Shown piece by piece: positions 41,421 through 50,780 of a DNA stretch of 58,705 bases (positions within the stretch are counted from its first letter, which is position 1; every line of letters begins with the position of its first letter). Position numbers and translations under genes: made by a program. The notes beneath the pieces were generated by a model. It ran no database searches and had not been told where the DNA came from. It saw nothing but the letters and a program-made list of their open reading frames with translations. Origin of the DNA: Candidatus Brocadiia bacterium (GTDB lineage Bacteria; Planctomycetota; Brocadiia; SM23-32); the NCBI GenBank assembly GCA_046538485.1, contig JBKHIT010000028.1, positions 1-58,705 of the forward strand, given 5' to 3'.

Positions 41421-41465
41421 TTATGTCGTTGTCATAATTATACACCAATGCGGAAAATCTGTCAA
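41421..41465 (-). promoter_or_regulatory. Consensus sigma70 promoter with overlapping palindromic operator candidate
   Basis: TTGACA(41465-41460)-N17-TATAAT(41442-41437); imperfect inverted repeat TTATGTCGTTGTCATAA (41421-41437) over the predicted start site. Confidence 0.75.
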
Positions 41466-41718
41466 CAGCTTTCCACATTTGTCAGTTTTCCTCGCTTTTC
41501 GTCACGCACGATACCTGGCAAATCTTGAAAGACTTTATGCGGAAATCAGGATTCTCCAAAATGCGGGATTTGATGTGCAATAATTGCACTCTGTGACGTT
41601 GCGCGTAGAAAGTCCCCCGAGTTACCTGTACCGTCGCATGCGCTGTCCGTTGTAAAGTGATGTAGGAAAATAAGACGCAAACAAACTGCTTGCCGTTGAG
41701 TGTGCTCGTCCTTCAATC

Positions 41719-42795
41719 CTACCGATAGCCCAGTTCGGCGCTGAGGTCGAAATACAGTTTTATGGCCTCGGCGGGGACGTTGAACGGGATATGGTTGCCG
41801 ATGCACATCATGTAACCTCCGGACATCTTCGCGGTTTCGATCATGGAATCGACCATCGCCCGGATTTCATCCGGATCGTTGCGCATCAACACGCGGTTGT
41901 CGCCTTCTCCGGCGATGAACGGGTCGTCGTATCGCCGGGCGATCGCTTTGTAGTCGCTGAACGGTTCGCTGATAATCCCACGAGCGCCGCAGGCCATCAC
42001 ATCGTCCACGAAAGCGTCGATGCAACCGTCCACCATAAAAAGCACTTCTTTCCCGGCGTCTTTCAGTATGCCCCAGAACTCTTCGTAGCGGGGGAAGATG
42101 AATTTATTCATCCAGTCGGGGCTGCAGACCGGGCCGTTTGACAGGACGATGTCATCGTGGCAGACGACGAAATTAATGGGGAGTCTGGCGAACGCCCGGA
42201 AGACGCGCCGGTTGATCTCGGCAAATTCGTCCATGATTCGCTCGAATTCGGGTTCGAGGCAGAGCGACAGGAAGTTTTCGTATCCGAATACGAGCAGCGG
42301 CCACATGAACATTGTATTGTAGAACCCGACTGACGCCGCCGAACCTTCCGGAGCGCTGTCGCCCCATTCCTCGGGGTAGCGCTGGCGGTAGCGTTCGTAG
42401 ATCACTTCTTCGCTGCTGTAATCCCCGTCGACCACAACCTGCCAACCGGTAAAATCGGCCTGTTCCAGGGGGCTGAACTCGAGCATCTCCTGGCGGTTTT
42501 TGAACCGGTGGCTGGCTTCCTGTTGCTGCCAGTGGTCGCGGTAAGAGTCGCCCCAGCGGCCTTTGCCCTGATTCTTTTGTGCGTCGATTCGTGGGATGGG
42601 ATCATTTTTTTGCGGGACGGGGAAACCGACGAATGGGTACATCTCGTTCAGTTTTTCCATACAGCTTTTGGGATTCTCATAGTAATCGATGCCGGTGATT
42701 TCAGAGGCAGCATCGGGGTTCGACCAGTGTTCCCAATGGGCGATCCGTTCCGGTCCGAGTCCCATATAGCTGGCATAGCGCAGGTCTTCGCTCAA
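41719..42795 (-). CDS. URO-D/MtaA superfamily protein
   Basis: CHDDIV..GPVCSP..IFPRY, FMVDG, GEGDNRVL and GGYMMCIGNHI motifs; TTG start behind AGGAGG overlapping the sulfatase stop. Confidence 0.82.
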   Translation of the reverse strand: MSEDLRYASYMGLGPERIAHWEHWSNPDAASEITGIDYYENPKSCMEKLNEMYPFVGFPVPQKNDPIPRIDAQKNQGKGRWGDSYRDHWQQQEASHRFKNRQEMLEFSPLEQADFTGWQVVVDGDYSSEEVIYERYRQRYPEEWGDSAPEGSAASVGFYNTMFMWPLLVFGYENFLSLCLEPEFERIMDEFAEINRRVFRAFARLPINFVVCHDDIVLSNGPVCSPDWMNKFIFPRYEEFWGILKDAGKEVLFMVDGCIDAFVDDVMACGARGIISEPFSDYKAIARRYDDPFIAGEGDNRVLMRNDPDEIRAMVDSMIETAKMSGGYMMCIGNHIPFNVPAEAIKLYFDLSAELGYR

Positions 42796-44171
42796 TCCGA
42801 ATCCTCCTTCGGCTGGGGTATTTTTGCTTCGAGTTCTTCCCGCCATTCCACCAGCATTTTGTGGAGGCGCTCGGCGGTTTCTGGCTCATCTTCCGCCAGA
42901 TTATGTTTCTCGCCGATATCGTGGCGGAGATTGTAGAGTTCGAGATGGTCATCTTCAAAGAACTCAATTAGTTTGAAATCTCCGGCCCGGACCGAGCATC
43001 CGGGCGTTCCGCCCTGGTTGCCGTAGTGGGGGTAGTGCCAGAAAATCGCATCGCGGTCGATCGAGTCGCTCCCTTTGAGCAGCGGTAGAATGCTGCAACC
43101 ATCCTCGTGCTGATCGGGCAGAGGATCAAGCCCGGCCATCTCAAGCATTGTGGGATAAAAATCGGGACTGGTGACGGATTCTGAGCAGAGGCTTCCGGGT
43201 TCGATCTGACCGGGCCACTTGACCAGGAGCGGCTCGCGAGTCCCACCTTCGTACATCCAGCCTTTCCCTTCCGAGAGGGGAGCGTTGCAGGTGGGGGATC
43301 CTTCGGCGGTGGCGAGACCGCCGTTGTCGGAGGTGAAAATGACGACCGTGTCCTCGCTTTTCCCCAGCTCATCGATGGTTTTTAGAAGCCGCCCGATGTT
43401 CTCGTCCATACTTTTGATCATCGCCGCATATTCCGGGTCGGACTGGACGAGCCGACGTTTGATGCGGCGGTCCTTTTTGTGGTCGCAGGGGAAATGTTCG
43501 CCCACTTCGAACGTTTTAACCGAGTCGAGGTTCAACTTTTCGACTTTTTTCTTGAATCGTTCAACGTACTCTTTTTTGCCCTGGATCGGGATATGGACCG
43601 AGTAGTAGGCCATGTAGAGGAAGAAGGGATCATCCCCGTTGTTTTTCAACAGTGAAATCGCTTCATCCGTCAGGCGATCCGTGAGGTATTCTCCCTCCGG
43701 ACCATCGTCCAGAGTCGGGATATCGTAAGGGCTGAAATACCCGGAGGTCGGCATACCCATGTGGCATCCCGCGATGTTGCGATCGAACCCCTGTTTTTCG
43801 GGCCAGTAGTCTTCTCCGCCGAGGTGCCATTTGCCCACGTGGTAGGTGTTGTACCCGGCGTCGCGCAGGCTCGAAGCAACTGTTTTTTCCTCAAGAGGAA
43901 GATGCTCAATGTACGGCGCGTCAACAAGTTTCCCCTGTGCGTGGCCGCCGATATAGTTGGTTACTCCGACGCGGGCGGGATACTTTCCGCTGAGAATGCT
44001 GGCGCGTGTGGGTGAGCAGACCGGGCAGGCGGCGTAAGCATCAGTGAAACGCATACCTTCGGAGGCAAGTCTGTCAAGATTGGGCGTCTCGTAGAAACTG
44101 CTTCCGTAACACCCGAGATCTTTCCAACCAAGGTCGTCGATCAGGATGAACAGGAAATTTGGTTTTGACAT
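42792..44171 (-). CDS. Formylglycine-dependent sulfatase (S1)
   Basis: PNFLFILIDDLG, CSPTRASILSG, GKWHLG, FTSDNGG and YEGGTR motifs; no signal peptide. Confidence 0.95.
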   Translation of the reverse strand: MSKPNFLFILIDDLGWKDLGCYGSSFYETPNLDRLASEGMRFTDAYAACPVCSPTRASILSGKYPARVGVTNYIGGHAQGKLVDAPYIEHLPLEEKTVASSLRDAGYNTYHVGKWHLGGEDYWPEKQGFDRNIAGCHMGMPTSGYFSPYDIPTLDDGPEGEYLTDRLTDEAISLLKNNGDDPFFLYMAYYSVHIPIQGKKEYVERFKKKVEKLNLDSVKTFEVGEHFPCDHKKDRRIKRRLVQSDPEYAAMIKSMDENIGRLLKTIDELGKSEDTVVIFTSDNGGLATAEGSPTCNAPLSEGKGWMYEGGTREPLLVKWPGQIEPGSLCSESVTSPDFYPTMLEMAGLDPLPDQHEDGCSILPLLKGSDSIDRDAIFWHYPHYGNQGGTPGCSVRAGDFKLIEFFEDDHLELYNLRHDIGEKHNLAEDEPETAERLHKMLVEWREELEAKIPQPKEDSD

Positions 44172-44330
44172 TTCGGATCCTTTCTCTGGTTTTTTCCTCC
44201 GGAATAGGCGGATATGTCCCGGCAAAACTGCCCGGAAGAATAACCGGGATATCCTGTGGCACTTAAACGATTTATGGCATTTATACGCTATCGTGGCATC
44301 GCCGACCAACGCCGGGAAAAACCACCCATC

Positions 44331-45581
44331 CTATGCATATTCGGCAGCCATTTCCCTTGCCATGGTCTCCCATTGCCAGAGACGTTGCGGTTCATATTCC
44401 ACGGTGCTGATATCTTTCATGATGATTTCCACGACGCATCCCCGTGTCTTCTCGAGCACATCGATCAGCTCTCGGCGGCCTTTCTCGGGGTTGTAGAGGT
44501 CGTCGGCGAAGATGGCGGGATTGGGTTTGTGGGAATAAACGAAATCCTGCCCGATCTTTTCCGCCCCGATTTCTGGATCAACCCATGGGCTCATCGAGAT
44601 TTTACGCAGATTTGGAATTGAGCTCAACAGATCGACTTTCAGGTGGAGCGGTTCGCAGCAGCCGTAATAGGTCAACCCGAACCGGCCGAGCCAGCGACGT
44701 TCATAACTGAGCGCAAATTCTTCGTGCATTTTTGGGGAGACTTCGCTGAAGATCTGAGCCGCTGCGCACCCCCACTGGTCCATCGGGCGGACGTTTTCGG
44801 GGTCAAAATCGTCCTGGGGCAGCTCGTCGCAGAAGCCGAGTCCGCCGGATCCGATCCGGCAGTTGCAGTTGTTCAGATCGAGCACGCCAAGTTCCACGTG
44901 CTGATCGAGTTTACTGATATATCCGTTGACGAGGCGGTCCATGGCGGCGTGGACGAGATCGGGGCGCATGGCGAGATCCATGAGGGCTTTTTCAGGATCC
45001 CACCATCGGACCAGGAAATCCCATGGCGCGAACCACTGATGGCCGACGCCGGTCTTTCTGACGGGAAGGATATCCTCGAAAAGCTCGCACCGTAGTTCGT
45101 AATTCCTCTCGGTCTGTTCCCAATCGACCGTAACTTCGGGCGTTTTGATCTTCTCCAGATCCTCCATGCCATCGATCTGGGAGGTGAACTCGCGGGAGAC
45201 GATATTACTGGTATCGTCGGTGCGGCGGATATCCACCTGTTCACCGATCCCGAATCCGGTATCGCGGACGGCGATCGGTGAGGCAATGTAGTCGTCGACG
45301 ACCATATCACCCGGCATGTGTTCCCATTTATATAACGTGCGCCGCATAGCCATCTCCATGCCCTGGAGGGCCGGGTCTTCGGTCTGCGGGGTGAGTTCGT
45401 CGTTGACGTTCATTTCGTTCCAGGGGATCTCGTTGATCCAGATGAGGGGTCGGCCGGGTTGCAATGTGTTCAGCCGGCTCCAGTCTTTAGCGTTCTGTTT
45501 CTGGATGGGAAGAGAAGCGATTTCCGCCTGTTTTTCGGCCTGCCGACGGAGGACGGAACGGTCGTGATCGGATACGTCCAT
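44331..45581 (-). CDS. URO-D-like superfamily protein (YGCCEPL type)
   Basis: VSPKMHEEFAL, YYGCCEPL and KISMSPW motifs; CAGGAG RBS. Confidence 0.75.
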   Translation of the reverse strand: MDVSDHDRSVLRRQAEKQAEIASLPIQKQNAKDWSRLNTLQPGRPLIWINEIPWNEMNVNDELTPQTEDPALQGMEMAMRRTLYKWEHMPGDMVVDDYIASPIAVRDTGFGIGEQVDIRRTDDTSNIVSREFTSQIDGMEDLEKIKTPEVTVDWEQTERNYELRCELFEDILPVRKTGVGHQWFAPWDFLVRWWDPEKALMDLAMRPDLVHAAMDRLVNGYISKLDQHVELGVLDLNNCNCRIGSGGLGFCDELPQDDFDPENVRPMDQWGCAAAQIFSEVSPKMHEEFALSYERRWLGRFGLTYYGCCEPLHLKVDLLSSIPNLRKISMSPWVDPEIGAEKIGQDFVYSHKPNPAIFADDLYNPEKGRRELIDVLEKTRGCVVEIIMKDISTVEYEPQRLWQWETMAREMAAEYA

Positions 45582-45826
45582 CGTGCGCTCCTGCAGAAGA
45601 CAAAGTTCTTTTTGTGATTCGGACCGTAGATTGTAGGAGAATAGCGAAAACATTTCACGGGCGGGGAGAGCTTGCGATCTCGGAAAATGCCAGAGAGCTG
45701 TTGGTCTCCGGCGTACGGCGGACGAGGCGGACCTGGCGTTGTCGTTGGCCGTTTCTGCCGCGAACCGAGCAGGCTTCCGGTCACGTTCTGACCCGTCCGC
45801 TCCTGATACGGTATTTCAGGAGCGGA

Positions 45827-47065
45827 TTTGTGATGGGCCTTCAGCCCACTATATTTTCCTCCGCACCCTTGACCCAGGGCGCCGAGGACCTTCAGCCCTC
45901 TTCACCCTGGGCTGTTATCTGCCGGGCCGTTGGCCCGGACAAGCGGTTTCCAGGCAATCCTGTCATTGCAATACGCCATGCGGCGAGTACCTGTGTAGCC
46001 TTCTGCCATGCCGTGAGCCACAAACGCATGTAGCACAGCCTCTCCAGGCTGTGGACCGGGTCGTCAGACCCGGAGTCGTTGTCGTTTGTTCAGGACCCGA
46101 ATATGCGGCGTGGCGGACAATCCTATTGGCACCGGTTCGTGCATGAACCCCGCCGGCGGAGCCGGCTGTGGAGTGCGGCGACCGCGAGTCGCGGTGGACT
46201 ACCCGGAAGGGGGGTATGCCAAGGCCAATGATATTTCAAAATGGCAGGCACGTCCGCCCAACGAATCCCCCACGGGGGGCGCCGCTTTTAATTTGTCAGT
46301 GCCATCGTTTCGGGACGCGTTCTATTTTTCGCCCCAAAACCTCGAACTCCGGCGGCTGACGGCGCCGTCGGACGGGGCTATACCCTGAGGCACTCTTTCG
46401 TAGCGCTGAACGATCCACTTGGGGATTACCCGTCGGGACGGAAAGAGCCCCTGGAAGGGGCGATTGAGAGCGTAGCCCCCGGCGACTCCGCGTAGCGGGG
46501 GAGTCGGGGGTACATGATCGGACGCCAGCAAATCCCCGCCCCGACGGGGCGGCTGAGCGCGGAAAATGTCAAGGCTGCCATTTTGTTACGCCAGAAACCA
46601 GCAACGACCGGTGGTCTGTGATCGGTGATCAGTGACCAACAACCAGCTCCAGTCCGTTACCCGTTCACCAGAAACCAGCAACCAACAACCAGAAACCAGA
46701 AACCCGAGCCCCCGAAGGAGCTCACTACGAACCTGACGATGATCTCGCAGCCTGCAATAACTCTCTGACCGTCCAGAATACAGGGAGGTGCTCGTAGTGG
46801 ACCGCTTCAGCGGTCCGTTGCGTGGGGACACACGCAAAGTTTTGTGGTGGGCCTTCAGCCCACTTTTTTCTCAATGAACACTGTGCCCCAGGGCTGCAAG
46901 GGCCTTCAGCCGTCTGCACCCTGGGCTACTATGTTACGCCCTTTCAGGGCGTATGCATTCAGCGTGCCCTACATCAGCCATCCATGCTCACAATGTCATT
47001 GCGAGGCGTTCTGCGCAGTGGGACGCTGCGGCAATCTCGCTGTTGGGCTGAAAAAACGACGACGA
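45827..47065 (+). repeat. About 1.2-kb intergenic mosaic of REP families B, C, E and D plus heptamer tract
   Basis: B 45827-45935; C 46030-46053; E 46170-46290; D 46721-46817; B 46840-46949; GTCATTGCGAG unit 46995-47065. Confidence 0.85.
46591..46702. repeat. Degenerate 7-nt tandem repeat tract
   Basis: CCAGAAA CCAGCAA..TGATCGG TGATCAG TGACCAA..CCAGAAA CCAGCAA CCAACAA CCAGAAA CCAGAAA. Confidence 0.85.
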
Positions 47066-47076
47066 TTTTTACGCGC

Positions 47077-47808
47077 TTACAACGGCACAACGTCCTGGAT
47101 GCGCGGCCAGAGGGTGAGGTCCTGAATTTCCAGATGGGGCGGGAGTTCGCAGATCTGTGCGACCACTTCGCCGAGTTCCCGGGGCTGGATGCATTTCTCG
47201 CGCGTTTCCTCGTCCTTTTCCGGCAGTCCAGCCGCCCGGCCGAAATTCGTGGCGCCCCAGCTGGGCGTGAGAGTCGTCACGCGCACGCCTTTTTCCCGCA
47301 GCTCGGTGTAGAGACAGTTGGAAAGCTGTGCCAGACCGGCTTTGGCGGCCGAATAGGGACCGAACCCGGGCCAGGCCTCTTTCTCACAGACGCTGGAGAT
47401 GTTGACGATGGTGCCGGAACCTTGCTCCGCCATGACTTTGGCGGCCCGCCGGCAACCAAAAATCGCGCCGGTCAGGTTGATATCGATGGATTGCTGAATC
47501 TCCTCGTCGGTTTGCTCGGCGAGCGGAGCGATATCAACACCGGCTCCCGCGTTGTTGACCAGCATATCGATGCGGTTTGTTTCGTTCATGACATCGCTGA
47601 AGACCCTATCCCAGTCTTCGGACACTGTGACATCCGCGACGATAAATTGCACGCCGAGGCGGTTTGCGGTTTGTCGCAATTGATCTTCACTCCGCGCCGT
47701 TATCCAGACCTGGCATCCTTTTTCGCACAGAACTTCGGCGATACCCGCTCCGTAACCGCGCGAGCCACCTGTGACGATCGCAACTTTGTCTTCCAGATCA
47801 GTTTTCAC
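47077..47808 (-). CDS. Short-chain dehydrogenase/reductase
   Basis: TGGSRGYG, NNAG, NISS and YSAAK motifs; GTG start behind AGGAG. Confidence 0.93.
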   Translation of the reverse strand: MKTDLEDKVAIVTGGSRGYGAGIAEVLCEKGCQVWITARSEDQLRQTANRLGVQFIVADVTVSEDWDRVFSDVMNETNRIDMLVNNAGAGVDIAPLAEQTDEEIQQSIDINLTGAIFGCRRAAKVMAEQGSGTIVNISSVCEKEAWPGFGPYSAAKAGLAQLSNCLYTELREKGVRVTTLTPSWGATNFGRAAGLPEKDEETREKCIQPRELGEVVAQICELPPHLEIQDLTLWPRIQDVVPL

Positions 47809-48119
47809 TACGAGTCTCCTTTTATGAGTGGAAAAACCAGGTTCCCATCGCTGGAAACGCCGACCGGATAGTGTACGGTAGATGCCGAGCCTTGTCAGGG
47901 GGAAGCACAGCTGCGTTGTGATAAACCGATTTTGGAGGACTTGCATTTCGGACTCTTGCCTCAAGAGAATGTTAAGTTCCGTATCCGGCAGATGATAGTG
48001 AAAATGAAGTGACTTTTGATAAGAACTATCGCGGCATCAAGAGTGGACAGGCCATTTGCTGCACTGAAGCTTCGACGGTATGATCAATTCGAGGTTTCTG
48101 ACCCGCGGTCGGAGGTCCC

Positions 48120-50336
48120 ATGGTGAACCGAAACAGCTTTGCTGACGTAATTATTGCCCTGATCTGTTCTTTTGTTTTTTGCCATTTCTCCGTGGCAAAA
48201 GACCTGGCATTGCACCATCTGAAAAGGAATCCTTTCCCGGATCGACGGGAAACGTACAAACGGGTCGGCGACCGGAAACTGGACGCCAGGATCTACGAGC
48301 CAGAGGGGCACACCTCTGAGGACTCACGGCCGGCTATCATCATGATTCACGGCGGTGGTTGGGCGTCCCCCGGAACGAAACACACCGCGCTTCACTGCCG
48401 CTATTTCGCACGGCGTGGGGTCGTTGCGGTGAACATCGAATACAGACTGGTGAGTCGAAAAACGAACGTTCGCATCGATGATTGTCTCGCAGATTGTCGC
48501 GATGTCCTTCGGTACGTTGTCTCGGAGGCCGGGAGACTGGGCATCGACCCCGGTCGGATTATTGTCGCCGGTGAATCGGCGGGCGGGCATCTGGCCGCCA
48601 TGCTGGCGCTTACACCAACGGGTGGAGTGACGGGGGAAATCAAGGATGCAAAGTGTCCGGCCGCCGCGTTGCTCTACAATCCCTGTCTGGATTTGGTGGC
48701 CCTCAAGTGGATGCGTCGTCATGCGGGTGTTGCCCCCACACCTGGCACACCCGAAGGAGAGTCCTGGAAGGTGCGGGCGCGGCGTCTGTCGCCTGTCCAG
48801 CACGTGAGCGAATCCGTCCCCCCGATTCTGCTGATCCACGGAGTTGAGGACGGGGTCGTTCCGGTCGAACAGGCCCATCGTTTCGCTAAATCCGTTCGGA
48901 AGGCCGGCGGGACAATCGAATACCACCCCATGGACGGCTGGGATCACGCGTTCTCGCTTCCCGAGTACGGCACTGAGAAGCAGATTCTGGAGACTCTGAC
49001 GATCACGGATAAATTTCTTGCCGAAAAGGGGTTTGTCGAGGGGGAATGTCCCATCGGCGAGTCTTTTAAACCTCCGGAATATCGGAAGACTTTTACCGAC
49101 AAAGAGCGTCGCTCTCCCCATGTTTCGGCGCGCAGCCACAGCCTCGAACGCTGGCCGTTTCTTGATGGACAGTGGGAAGGCATTACGATCACCGATAACG
49201 GATATGTTTATTTCGGCGTCAGTTCACACGATCGTCTGAAACATGCGCACCTTTTCCGATATTCGATCGAAAAGGATCGCGTCGAGCACCTGACCGGTCT
49301 GGGGGAGGCCTGCGGAGAAACCCAGTTAAATTCCCCCACCCAGGACAAAATTCATTCCCAGATGTTTGAACACGGGGATGTTATCTACTGCGGGACCTGT
49401 GACGGCCATGCGTCCTATATCAAACCATACGAGGGGGGTTGCTGGCTGGCGATCGATAAACACTCTGGAAAGGTTCGCAACCTCGGCAAGACGATTACGC
49501 GGGACGGTTTAATCTGCGTCGGTCACGATCCGGTGCGGAATCTTCTCTATGGGCTGGGCAACCACAAAGGGCTGCTATCGGTATTTGATCCGGAAACCCG
49601 GACCGAACGGGTGCTTGGATTCCCGTGGAAAGGCAGCGGGGCGGCCTGGCCGCGGGGGCTGACCATGATGATCACAAAAGACGGTCGGGTTTACGGATTC
49701 CGCCACCCTCACTTAAGCGTCTGGGAATATAACCCCGCAACAGGCAAAAGCAGAACGCTGGACATTGATGTGCCTTTGCCGGAGGAGCTGACCGGTGAGA
49801 ACGTCACTGAGAAACTTCGCAAACAGTGGAAGAACAGCGCCGGACATCTGACGCGCTGGAACGAAAAAGATCAGTGTTTCTATTTTATTCGAAGTTTTGA
49901 TGAAGCCATTTCACGGTTCTACCCGCCGGAAAACGGCAAGCCGGGTCGTATCGAAATTATTCGAAGTCTTCATCCGGACATCCCCCGGCTGTGGGGCAAC
50001 CGGCCGGCATCCTGCACTTTGCGTATCCACGATCGAACCGTCTGGTATACGCCCTGTACGGGATGGGGAGGGGTGACGCATCTGGTGAGCTACCATCTCG
50101 ACACAAAGGAGTTTCGCCACTACGGACCGATCGTGGTGGAGAAAGGGCGGAGGGTCAGCGAGTGTCACAGCATGGAGGTGGGCCCGGATGGGAAACTGTA
50201 TCTGGTTGCTTTCGTCTACAGCGTCAAAGGGGAAGATCCCGTTCGCCGCAACGGGATGCGGGGTAAGTATCCGTTCCATCCGCGTTTTGTGATTATCGAC
50301 CCCGACAAGCATTTCAAGTTAGGTGGAAACCAATAG
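48120..50336 (+). CDS. Secreted alpha/beta-hydrolase esterase fused to a C-terminal beta-propeller
   Basis: Signal peptide; HGGGW, GESAGG, HGVEDGVVP and DHAF motifs; second half has propeller-like repeats. Confidence 0.85.
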   Translation: MVNRNSFADVIIALICSFVFCHFSVAKDLALHHLKRNPFPDRRETYKRVGDRKLDARIYEPEGHTSEDSRPAIIMIHGGGWASPGTKHTALHCRYFARRGVVAVNIEYRLVSRKTNVRIDDCLADCRDVLRYVVSEAGRLGIDPGRIIVAGESAGGHLAAMLALTPTGGVTGEIKDAKCPAAALLYNPCLDLVALKWMRRHAGVAPTPGTPEGESWKVRARRLSPVQHVSESVPPILLIHGVEDGVVPVEQAHRFAKSVRKAGGTIEYHPMDGWDHAFSLPEYGTEKQILETLTITDKFLAEKGFVEGECPIGESFKPPEYRKTFTDKERRSPHVSARSHSLERWPFLDGQWEGITITDNGYVYFGVSSHDRLKHAHLFRYSIEKDRVEHLTGLGEACGETQLNSPTQDKIHSQMFEHGDVIYCGTCDGHASYIKPYEGGCWLAIDKHSGKVRNLGKTITRDGLICVGHDPVRNLLYGLGNHKGLLSVFDPETRTERVLGFPWKGSGAAWPRGLTMMITKDGRVYGFRHPHLSVWEYNPATGKSRTLDIDVPLPEELTGENVTEKLRKQWKNSAGHLTRWNEKDQCFYFIRSFDEAISRFYPPENGKPGRIEIIRSLHPDIPRLWGNRPASCTLRIHDRTVWYTPCTGWGGVTHLVSYHLDTKEFRHYGPIVVEKGRRVSECHSMEVGPDGKLYLVAFVYSVKGEDPVRRNGMRGKYPFHPRFVIIDPDKHFKLGGNQ

Positions 50337-50530
50337 CACAGCCTGTGGACCGGGCCGTCAGGCCCGGGTAGATGGTTTCAGGTTTTCGTCGTTTTGCGAC
50401 GAGACCGGCAGGTTTCTGCACCGCATTCTGAACTCCAGCCTCCAGCTGAAGTCCAGTCTGCTCACGGGATCCGGAGACTCGGGTTCAGCTGAGCCCGCCA
50501 GCGGCGGGCGAAACTGGACTTGAGGCGGAC
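50334..50530 (+). repeat. REP mosaic: collapsed C, A and F
   Basis: TAGCACAGCCTGTGGACCGGG; A 50421-50463; F 50476-50530. Confidence 0.85.
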
Positions 50531-50780
50531 AGATCTTGCAGAAGTGCACGGGAGAACAAAAAACTTTTCTCCTCGCAGCCACATCGCTGACAGGCAGGAG
50601 TACGTGTTTAACCCAGAGATACCGCTTCAGGGGTCATTGCTTCGCCCATCTTAGGATAGGTTTGCAATCACTCGCGGGCGGCATTTCAGGGTGAAACAGC
50701 CATCCAGCGATTCATCGCTGAATCCAACCTGCGAAATCGTTTATGATAATAGTTCACTCTCGTCTTACTGGAGATCGAAG

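Noticed and set aside
46322..46531. Possible IS200/RAYT transposase remnant (..PKWIVQRYE..)
   Set aside because: No HUH or catalytic Tyr motif; similarity too weak to support
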